From Anaeramoeba ignava BMAN (Eukaryota; Protista; Anaeramoebae), in assembly GCA_028826165.1 (NCBI GenBank), contig JAPDFW010000062.1, forward strand, positions 62,001 through 126,000: a DNA stretch of 64,000 bases, written 5' to 3'. Below are positions 51,424 to 61,468 of the stretch, piece by piece (position 1 is the first letter of the stretch; each line of letters opens with the position of its first letter). The position numbers and the translations under genes are program-made. The notes beneath the pieces are model-generated. The model was not told the origin of the DNA and ran no database searches. It worked only from the letters and a program-made list of their open reading frames with translations.

Positions 51424-53517
51424 TTAATCAAAATGAGGATATAATCTTTGGATAACTGTAATATGACTAACACTTAATACTTCTTTAAGATCTGCTTTTT
51501 TCATAACGGAATCTGATAATTTTCGATATCCAGTTAAATAAATATATGATATGTTTTCTTCATCTAAAATTTGATTAAATTTATCAACTTTTTCTTGATT
51601 TTCTAAATCATCTAATAATTTCATCATTTCATTTTTCTTTTTTTCTCTTTCAAAATAATCAATTCCATGAGAGTGACTCCATCCAACAAAACCAAAATAA
51701 ATTTGACGACCAGCAATAGTTGAAACAGGTGATGCATGATAATCATTATCTGTGAAAAAAATACTATCAATAGGTGTATTATAAGTAATCCAATTTCCAA
51801 CAATATAATCTTCATTTGAATGAAGTCCTGCAATTTTCATTGGAAGTCTTAAAACAGAAATAACTCCTGAAAAAATAGATGAAATGAAAATAATAATGAT
51901 AAAGAAAATTGATATTGCTCTCATAAATTTGATCAATGGTTTTTCATTTTTAATATATGGTGATGGCCAGTATTGAACTAAAGTATTTGCTGCAACACCT
52001 GATGCTACAAAGAACCAAATTTGAAGAATTTTCATGTTATCAAATTTCCATGGTTGAAGTAAAACTATCCATCCAAATATTGCTAAAAGTAATGTTGAAA
52101 TGTAAAATTTAATTTGTTTGGAATTTAGAAAAATAATTCCAATTATTGAAAGAATAAGAAGAATTCCAAGTGCTTTAAAAAGATAACTAAATGGATTTGT
52201 ATTTTCTCCAATCCAAACTGGTGATATTTTAGCAAATCCTTCTTTGGTTGCTCTTTTAAAGAACATAAGTAATTGAGGGAATGCAATAATGTTTGAAACA
52301 ATTCCAAATACACTCCATGATGTAATATATTTTATCCATTGATTTGGTTTTGTAATTGGGAAAAAGAAAATACATAATAAAATTGAAACAAATGCAACTG
52401 CAAAAAAACAATGTAAATGAATTAATGGAAGTATTCCTGTTAAAAATCCAGCTAATGAAAATGCTTTTGCATATTTTATGAAGCTATTTCTTTTGATATC
52501 AACTGTTAATATTATCCATAATAAAATGAATATTGAAATAACAATAGGATATCCAAAAAGTGAAGTTCTTTGATTAGGTAGCATTGCATCAACTGGATTC
52601 CACCAAAAGTATTCTTTTCCTTTATCTATCCATTGTACATAGTTATATTCATATAGATTAACATCAGTTCCTGTTAATAATCTTTTTAGAAATGTAATAA
52701 AACCAAGACCTCCTGAAAAGAAAAACATGAATAAAGATATAACTGCTCCATTTCTACTTTTGAATATTCTTAAATTAAGGAAATATAATAATGTAATAAA
52801 TGAGAAAATCATCATTATACTTGGAATAATCAACATTTCTCTTAATCCACCTTGCCCAGCTCCAACTAATAAAGCAGTATGATAATTACAAATAATTGGA
52901 TATACAAATTTTTCATTTGAATAAAATAATGTTTTTAAATTATTCATTCCTTTCCATTTAGAATTTGCACCATGAATAAATGAATTTATTATATTTTCAT
53001 GAAATGGTAAATCTGCAAATCCATTCATTGCTGTAGATCTTCCATCTGGTGTATATCTTAAAAAATGAATATGGAACAAATAAAGAAATAAAATCATTAA
53101 AGTAAAAAGAGCAATTGAAAAAACATCATTTGTATAAATTTCATTAATTAATTGTTTGAGGAAAAAAGTTTCAATTTGAATTACATTTTTTTTTTGATTT
53201 TGATTTTGATTTTGATTTTGATTTTTTTTTTGATTTTGATTTTGATTTTGATTTCTTTTTTGATTTCTGAAAAAATTTAATTCAATTAAAGTTAAAGTAA
53301 AGAAAAATAAACTAACAATCCAAGAATGAGATTTTGATAAATAAATTTGAAAAAAAACACCAATATAAAAAGAAAAAAAAGAAGATAATGCAATTCCAAT
53401 AGGAAATGAAATTGCAATACATTCTAACAAATAAAATGGTGTTTTATAAAAGAAATGATAAATAAAAATAAAAGGAAATAAAGTTGAAGAAATTAAAATA
53501 AAAATCCATTCAAACAT
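51424..53517 (-). CDS. Polytopic GT-C-fold glycosyltransferase-like protein, copy A (697 aa, intronless)
   Basis: About 13-14 TM segments; acidic loop motif ADLPFH after the early TMs, QRTSLFG, PLIHLHCF, WKFDNMK, and a soluble C-terminal domain (NWITYNTP...PVSTIAGRQIYFG.W), an architecture typical of lipid-linked-sugar transferases. Confidence 0.65.
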   Translation of the reverse strand: MFEWIFILISSTLFPFIFIYHFFYKTPFYLLECIAISFPIGIALSSFFSFYIGVFFQIYLSKSHSWIVSLFFFTLTLIELNFFRNQKRNQNQNQNQKKNQNQNQNQNQKKNVIQIETFFLKQLINEIYTNDVFSIALFTLMILFLYLFHIHFLRYTPDGRSTAMNGFADLPFHENIINSFIHGANSKWKGMNNLKTLFYSNEKFVYPIICNYHTALLVGAGQGGLREMLIIPSIMMIFSFITLLYFLNLRIFKSRNGAVISLFMFFFSGGLGFITFLKRLLTGTDVNLYEYNYVQWIDKGKEYFWWNPVDAMLPNQRTSLFGYPIVISIFILLWIILTVDIKRNSFIKYAKAFSLAGFLTGILPLIHLHCFFAVAFVSILLCIFFFPITKPNQWIKYITSWSVFGIVSNIIAFPQLLMFFKRATKEGFAKISPVWIGENTNPFSYLFKALGILLILSIIGIIFLNSKQIKFYISTLLLAIFGWIVLLQPWKFDNMKILQIWFFVASGVAANTLVQYWPSPYIKNEKPLIKFMRAISIFFIIIIFISSIFSGVISVLRLPMKIAGLHSNEDYIVGNWITYNTPIDSIFFTDNDYHASPVSTIAGRQIYFGFVGWSHSHGIDYFEREKKKNEMMKLLDDLENQEKVDKFNQILDEENISYIYLTGYRKLSDSVMKKADLKEVLSVSHITVIQRLYPHFD

Positions 53518-53647
53518 TTTTTAATGTTTTTATTTGGAAAAAAAAATGAAAAATGAAAAATGAAAAATGAAAAAAGGAAAAAAAATTATATTTGTTTTTT
53601 TAAAAAGAAAGAAAGAAAAGGAAATTTTTTCTTAATTAATTAATTAA

Positions 53648-55950
53648 TCAATCAAAATGAGGATATAATCTTTGAATAACTGTAATATGACCAATATTTA
53701 ATAATTCTTTAAGATCTGCTTTTTTCATAACAGAATCTGATAATTTTCGATATCCAGTTAAATAAATATATGATATTTTTTCTTCATCTAAAATTTGATT
53801 AAATTTATCAACTTTTTCTTGATTTTCTAAATCATCTAATAATTTCATCATTTCATTTTTCTTTCTTTCTCTTTCAAAATAATCAATTCCATGAGAATAA
53901 CTCCATCCAACAAAACCAAAATAAATTTGACGACCAGCAATAGTTGAAACAGGTGATGCATGATAATCATTATCTGTGAAAAAAATACTATCAATAGGTG
54001 TATTATAAGTAATCCAATTTCCAACAATATAATCTTCATTTGAATGAATTCGTATCATTTTCGTTGGAATTCGATAAACAGAAATAACTCCTGAAAAAAT
54101 AGATGAAATGAAAATAATAATGATAAAGAAAATTGATATTGTTTTCATAAATTTGATTTGTGGTTTTTCATTTTTAATATATGATGGCGAAGCTCGAAAT
54201 AGAGTATTTGCTGCAACACCTGATGCTACAAAGAACCAAATTTGAAGAATTTTCATGTTATCAAATTTCCATGATTGAAGTAAAACTATCCATCCAAATA
54301 TTGCTAAAAGTAATGTTGAAATGTAAAATTTAATTTGTTTGGAATTTAGAAAAATAATTCCAATTATTGAAAGAATAAGAAGAATTCCAAGTGCTTTAAA
54401 AAGATAACTAAATGGATTTGTGTTTTCTCCAATCCAAACTGGTGATATTTTAGCAAATCCTTCTTTGGTTGCTCTTTTCCAAAATATAAGTAATTGAGGG
54501 AATGCAATAATATTTGAAACAATTCCAAATACACTCCATGATGTGATATATTTTATCCATTGATTTGGTTTTGTAATTGGGAAAAAGAAAATACATAATA
54601 AAATTGAAACAAATGCAACTGCAAAAAAACAATGTAAATGAATTAATGGAAGTATTCCTGTTAAAAATCCAGCTAATGAAAATGCTTTTGCATATTTTAT
54701 AAAATCGGTTGTTTTAAGATCAACTGTTAATATTATCCATAATAAAATGAATATTGAAATAACAATAGGATATCCAAAAAGTGAAGTTCTTTGTGGAAGT
54801 AATATTGCATCAATTGGATTCCACCAAAAAATATCATATTGGTTCTCTACAGCTTGCACATAATTAAAATTATCTAGATTTACATCATTTCCTGTTAGTA
54901 ATCTTTTTAGAAATGTAATAAAACCAAGACCTCCTGAAAAGAAAAACATGAATAAAGATATAACTGCTCCATTTCTACTTTTGAATATTCTTAAATTAAG
55001 GAAATATAATAATGTAATAAATGAGAAAATCATCATTATACTTGGAATAATCAACATTTCTCTTAATCCACCTTGTCCAGCTCCAACTAATAAAGCAGTA
55101 TGATAATTACAAATAATTGGATATACAAATTTTTCATTTGAATAAAATAATGTTTTTAAATTATTCATTCCTTTCCATTTAGAATTTGCACCATGAATAA
55201 ATGAATTTATTATATTTTCGTGAAATGGTAAATCTCCTAAACCATTGAGCGCTGTGTATCTTCCATCTGGTTCATATCTTAAAAAATGAATATGGAAAAG
55301 ATAGATAAATAAAATCATTAAAGTAAAAAGAGCAATTGAAAAAGTGCCATTTGTATAAATTTCATTAAGAAATTGTTTGATAATTGTTTCAATTTGATTT
55401 TGATTTTGATTTTTATTTTGATTTTGATTTTGATTTTGATTTTCATTTTGATTTTCATTTTGATTTTGATTTTGATTTTGATTTTGATTTTGATTTTGAT
55501 TTTGATTTTGATTTTGATTTTGATTTTGATTTTGATTTTTGATTTTGATTTTGATTTTGATTTTGATTTTTGATTTTGATTTTTGATTTTTGATTTTGAT
55601 TTTTTTTTTTCTTTTTGATTTTGATTTTGATTTTGATTTTGATTTTGATTTTCATTTTGATTTTGATTTTGATTTTTATTTTGATTTTTTTTTTGATTTC
55701 TGAAAAAATTTAATTCAATTAAAGTTAAAGTAAAGAAAAATAAACTAACAATCCAAGAATGAGATTTTGATAAATAAATTTGAAAAAAAACACCAATATA
55801 AAAAGAAAAAAAAGAAGATAATGCAATTCCAATAGGAAATGAAATTGCAATACATTCTAACAAATAAAATGGTGTTTTATAAAAGAAATTATAAATGAAA
55901 ATAAAAGGAAATAAAGTTGAAGAAATTAAAATAAAAATCCATTCAAACAT
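53648..55950 (-). CDS. GT-C-fold glycosyltransferase-like protein, copy B; frame broken inside an expanded (AATCAA)n tract
   Basis: ORFs 55318-55950 and 53648-55318 are the N- and C-terminal parts of the same protein as copies A/C; indels lie in the repeat at ~55390-55700. Confidence 0.6.
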
Positions 55951-56081
55951 TTTTTAATGTTTTTATTTGGAAAAAAAAATGAAAAATGAAAAATGAAAAA
56001 ATGAAAAAAGGAAAAAAAATTATATTTGTTTTTTTAAAAAGAAAGAAAGAAAAGGAAATTTTTTCTTAATCAATTAATTAA

Positions 56082-58196
56082 TCAATCAAAATGAGGATAT
56101 AATCTTTGGATAACTGTAATATGACTAACACTTAATACTTCTTTAAGATCTAAATTCTCCATAACAGAATCTGATAATTTTCGATATCCAGTTAAATAAA
56201 TATATGATATTTTTTCTTCATCTAAAATTTGATTAAATTTATCAGCTTTTTCTTGATTTTCTAAATCATCTAATAATCTCATCATTTCATTTTTCTTTCT
56301 TTCTCTTTTAACATAATCAATTCCATGATTCATACTCCATCCAACAAAACCAAAATAAATTTGACGACCAGCAATAGTTGAAACAGGTGATGCATGATAA
56401 TCATTATCTGTGAAAAAAATACTATCAGCATCTGTGTTATTGATAATCCAATTTCCAACAATATAATCTTCATTTGAATGAAGTCCTGCAATTTTCATTG
56501 GAAGTCTCAAAACAGAAATATATCCTGAAAAAATAGATGAAATGAAAATAATAATGATAAAGAAAATTGATATTGTTTTCATAAATTTGATCAATGGTTT
56601 TTCATTTTTAATATATGATGGTGGCCAACATCGAACTAAAGTATTTGCTGCAACACCTGATGCTACAAAGAACCAAATTTGAAGAATTTTCATGTTATCA
56701 AATTTCCATGGTTGAAGTAAAACTATCCATCCAAATATTGCTAAAAGTAGTGTTGAAATGTAAAATTTAATTTGTTTGGAATTTAGAAAAATAATTCCAA
56801 TTATTGAAAGAATAAGAAGAATTCCAAGTGCTTTAAAAAGATAACTAAATGGATTTGTATTTTCTCCAATCCAAACTGGTGATATTTTAGCAAATCCTTC
56901 TTTGGTTGCTCTTTTAAAGAACATAAGTAATTGAGGGAATGCAATAATGTTTGAAACAATTCCAAATACACTCCATGATGTAATATATTTTATCCATTGA
57001 TTTGGTTTTGTAATTGGGAAAAAGAAAATACATAACAAAATTGAAACAAATGCAACTGCAAAAAAACAATGTAAATGAATTAATGGAAGTATTCCTGTTA
57101 AAAATCCAGCTAATGAAAATGCTTTTGCATATTTTATAAAATCGGTTGTTTTAAGATCAACTGTTAATATTATCCATAATAAAATGAATATTGAAATAAC
57201 AATAGGATATCCAAAAAGTGAAGTTCTTTGATTAATCAACATTGCATCAACTGGATTCCACCAAAAGTATTCTTTTCCTTTATCTATCCATTGTACATAA
57301 TTAAGATTATCGAGATTCACATCATTTCCTGTTAATAATTTTTTTAGAAATGTAATAAAACCAAGACCTCCTGAAAAGAAAAACATGAATAAAGATATAA
57401 CTGCTCCATTTTTACTTTTGAATATTCTTAAATTAAGGAAATATAATAATATAATAAATGAGAAAATCATCATTATACTTGGAATAATCAACATTTCTCT
57501 TAATCCACCTTGCCCAGCTCCAACTAATAAAGCAGTATGATAATTACAAATAATTGGATATACAAATTTTTCATTTGAATAAAATAATGTTTTTAAATTA
57601 TTCATTCCTTTCCATTTAGAATTTGCACCATGAATAAATGAATTTATTATATTTTCATGAAATGGTAAATCTGCAAATCCATTCATTGCTGTGTATCTTC
57701 CATCTGGTGTATATCTTAAAAAATGAATATGGAAAAGATAGATAAATAAAATCATTAAAGCAAAAAGAGCAATTGAAAAAGTGCCATTTGTATAAATTTC
57801 ATTAATTAATTGTTTGATAATTGTTTCATTTTGATTTTGATTTTTATTTTGATTTTCATTTTGATTTTGATTTTGATTTTGATTTTGATTTTCATTTTGA
57901 TTTTGATTTCTTTTTTGATTTTGATTTTGATTTCTTTTTTGATTTCTGAAAAAATTTAATTCAATTAAAGTTAAAGTAAAGAAGAATAAACTAACAATCC
58001 AAGAATGAGATTTTGATAAATAAATTTGAAAAAAAACACCAATATAAAAAGAAAAAAAAGAAGATAATGCAATTCCAATAGGAAATGAAATTGCAATACA
58101 TTCTAACAAATAAAATGGTGTTTTATAAAAGAAATTATAAATGAAAATAAAAGGAAATAAAGTTGAAGAAATTAAAATAAAAACCCATTCAAACAT
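56082..58196 (-). CDS. GT-C-fold glycosyltransferase-like protein, copy C (704 aa)
   Basis: Near-identical to copy A along its whole length. Confidence 0.65.
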   Translation of the reverse strand: MFEWVFILISSTLFPFIFIYNFFYKTPFYLLECIAISFPIGIALSSFFSFYIGVFFQIYLSKSHSWIVSLFFFTLTLIELNFFRNQKRNQNQNQKRNQNQNENQNQNQNQNQNENQNKNQNQNETIIKQLINEIYTNGTFSIALFALMILFIYLFHIHFLRYTPDGRYTAMNGFADLPFHENIINSFIHGANSKWKGMNNLKTLFYSNEKFVYPIICNYHTALLVGAGQGGLREMLIIPSIMMIFSFIILLYFLNLRIFKSKNGAVISLFMFFFSGGLGFITFLKKLLTGNDVNLDNLNYVQWIDKGKEYFWWNPVDAMLINQRTSLFGYPIVISIFILLWIILTVDLKTTDFIKYAKAFSLAGFLTGILPLIHLHCFFAVAFVSILLCIFFFPITKPNQWIKYITSWSVFGIVSNIIAFPQLLMFFKRATKEGFAKISPVWIGENTNPFSYLFKALGILLILSIIGIIFLNSKQIKFYISTLLLAIFGWIVLLQPWKFDNMKILQIWFFVASGVAANTLVRCWPPSYIKNEKPLIKFMKTISIFFIIIIFISSIFSGYISVLRLPMKIAGLHSNEDYIVGNWIINNTDADSIFFTDNDYHASPVSTIAGRQIYFGFVGWSMNHGIDYVKRERKKNEMMRLLDDLENQEKADKFNQILDEEKISYIYLTGYRKLSDSVMENLDLKEVLSVSHITVIQRLYPHFD

Positions 58197-58297
58197 TTTT
58201 TAATGTTTTTATTTGGAAAAAAAAATGAAAAAAAAATGAAAAAATGAAAAAAGGAAAAAAAAAAGGAAAAAAAAAAATTCATTTTTTTTATTAAAAA

Positions 58298-61278
58298 ATG
58301 GATTGGATTTTTATTCCAGATGATATAGAAACATCATTCAAAATAGTATTATCAAACCTTATATTTTTAAATGAAGATGAAAATGCAAAAAGGAAAAAAA
58401 TAAGAGATTTAAGAAAAAAAATTGCAAATTTTGAGACAGAAGAAACAAAATCAAAATCAAAATCAAAATCAAAATCAAAATCAAAATCAAAATCAAAATC
58501 AAAATCAAAATCAACAGAAATGGATTTAACTAAAAAATTCCATTCAGATCTCAATTCATCTGAAATTTGGAATACTTCTAGTAATGATGAAAATGATGAT
58601 AACTATGAAAATCAAAATGGATATGTTTTTAATGCAGAAACTTCACAAGAAACAATATCTTATGAACAAGAAAAATCGGAAATTTTTTCACAAACACATT
58701 TAGAAAAATATGTTTCAAATATTGAAAATAAAAATGAAAAACAAAAAGAAAAAGAGGAACGAAGATTAGAAAAAAAAGAAAAGAAAAGATTAAGAAAACA
58801 AAAAGAAAAAGAGGAACGAAGATTAGAAAAAGAAGAACAAGAAAGAATAAAAAAACAAAAAGGAATAATTCATTCCAAAACAAGTTCAGAAACACATTCA
58901 GAAACACATGATCCAAATATTGTAAAAGAACAAATAGAAAAAGAAGAAAATCAAATCGAAAACCAAACCGAAATACCGAAAAAAACAAGTGAAAAATCAA
59001 ATGAAAAATCAAATGAAAAATCAAATGAAAAATCAAATGAAAAATCAAATGAAAAATCAAGTGATGATTCTATTGAAAAATCTATTGAAAAATCTAGTGA
59101 TGATTCTATTGAAAAATCAAGTGAAAAATCTAGTGATGATTCTATTGAAAAATCAAATGAAAAATCAAATGATGATTCTATTGAAAAATCAAGTGAAAAA
59201 TCAAGTGATGATTCTATTGAAAAATCTATTGAAAAATCTAATGATGATTCTATTGAAAAATCAAATGATGATTCTATTGAAAAATCTATTGAAAAATCTA
59301 ATGATGATTCTAATAAAAAATCAAGTGAAAAATCAAATGATGATTCTATTGAAAAATCAAGTGAAAAATCAAATGATGATTCTATTGAAAAATCAAGTGA
59401 AAAATCTAGTGATGATTCTATTGAAAAATCAAGTGAAAAATCAAGTGAAAAATCTAGTGAAAAATCAAGTAAAAAATCTAGTGATGATTCTATTGAAAAA
59501 TCAAGTGAAAAATCAAGTGATGATTCTATTGAAAAATCAAGTGAAAAATCAAGTGATGATTCTATTGAAAAATCAAGTGAAAAATCAAATGATGATTCTA
59601 TTGAAAAATCAAGTGAAAAATCTAGTGATGATTCTATTGAAAAATCTAATGAAAAATCTATTGAAAAATCTATTGAAAAATCTATTGAAAAATCTAGTAA
59701 TGATTCAAATGAAGACTTAACAAACAAAAATAAACATAAACCTAAATCAAATTCAAAATCAAATTCAAATTCAAATTCAAAATCAAAATCAAAAAAAAAA
59801 TCTAAATCAAAATCAAAATTAAAATCAAATTCAAAATCAAAATCAAAATCAAAATCAATATCAAAATCAAAATCAAAATCAAAATCAAAATCAAAATCAA
59901 AATCAAAATCAAAATCAAAACCAAAACCAAAACCAAAACCAAAACCAAAACCAAAATCAAAATCAAAACCAAAACCAAAATCAAATTCAAATTCAAATTC
60001 AAATTCAAATTCAAATTCAAATTCAAATTCAAATTCAAATTCAAATTCAAATTCAAATTCAAATTCAAATTCAAATTCAAATTCAAATTCAAATTCAAAA
60101 TCAAGTGATGAGTCTATTGAAAATGAAAAACAGTCTACTAAAACTGTTTATATTGGTAATCTTCCTTTTTCAATTACAGAAAAAGAGATTTCAAAAGAAT
60201 TTTCTAAATCTGTTAAAGTGTAAAATTTAAAAAAAAGAAAATTATATAAATTTATTCTTCCAATAATTTTTATAAATTTCATTTTAAAATAGGGAAAAAG
60301 TTCATCTTGTTCAAAGAAACGGAAAACCATCTGGATATGGATTTGTTACTCTAAAATCTTTTTCAGATGCAAAAAGAATTATTAAAAAATTTACTGGAGC
60401 AGAAGTTTCTGGTCGAAAAATAAGAATTGAATTAAGTTATTCAAATACAAATCAAAATCAAAATCAAAATCAAAATCAAAAAAGAAATCAAAATCAAAAT
60501 CAAAATCAAAATCAAAATCTAAATCAAAATCAAAATCAAAATCAAAATCAAAATCAAATTCAAAATCAAAATCAAAATCAAAATCAAAATCAAATTCAAA
60601 TTCAAAATCTAAATCAAAATCAAAATCAAAATCAAAATCAAAATCTAAATCAAAATCAAAATCAAAATGAAAATGAAAATCAAAATCAAATTCAAAAAAA
60701 ATATAGCAAAACTCAGGTTCATTTAACAAATATTCCATTTATTCTGAAAGAAGAAGATCTCAAAAATTTATTTCCAAATCTTAAAATTAAAAATATTAAA
60801 ATTTCTAAAACTAAAACTGGAAAAAGTAGAGGATATGGATTTATTGAATTTGAAACAGAAGAAGATCAAAGAAAAGCTTTGGAATTAAAAAGTATTAAGG
60901 CTCAAAACAGAATAATAAGTATCAAACCTTCTATTGAAAAACCACCAAAAAAATATAGCAAAACTCAGGTTCATTTAACAAATATTCCATTTATTCTGAA
61001 AGAAGAAGATCTCAAAAATTTATTTCCAAATCTTAAAATTAAAAATATTAAAATTTCTAAAGATCAAAATGGAAAAAGTAAAGGATATGGATTTATTGAA
61101 TTTGAAACAGAAGAAGATCAAATAAAAGCTTTGGAATTAAAAAGTATTAAGGCTCAAAACAGAATAATAAGTATCAAACCTGCTTATGAAGTAAATTAAA
61201 ATTTTTTATTATTAAATTTTTATTATTAAATTTTTATTATTAATTTTTTTATTATTAATTTTTTTATTATAGAACTGA
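58298..61278 (+). CDS. Low-complexity protein with three C-terminal RRM domains; introns 60220-60292 and probably 61191-61272
   Basis: RNP2 VYIGNLP and RNP1 SGYGFV; two further RRMs VHLTNIP...RGYGFIEF / KGYGFIEF in the same frame; N-terminal MDWIF module, SSDDSIEK, SK and NS repeats. Confidence 0.85.
58989..59710 (+). repeat. Coding minisatellite built from 12-bp blocks, encoding (EKSS/EKSN/DDSI)n
   Basis: GAAAAATCAAGT / GATGATTCTATT blocks; explains the overlapping pseudo-ORFs. Confidence 0.93.
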
Positions 61279-61468
61279 AAGGAACAAAACAACAAAATTC
61301 AAAAAGAAAAATTAATAAAAAAAAAACAACAAAGTGTAAAAAAAGGAAAAATTAATAAAACAGGAAAAATAAAAGAAAAATGGAATTTTTATTTTAAATT
61401 GAAAAAAAAAATTTTTTTTTAAAAAACAAAAATCGAAATTCATTTTTTTTTCTTTTATTTTAAAAAAA

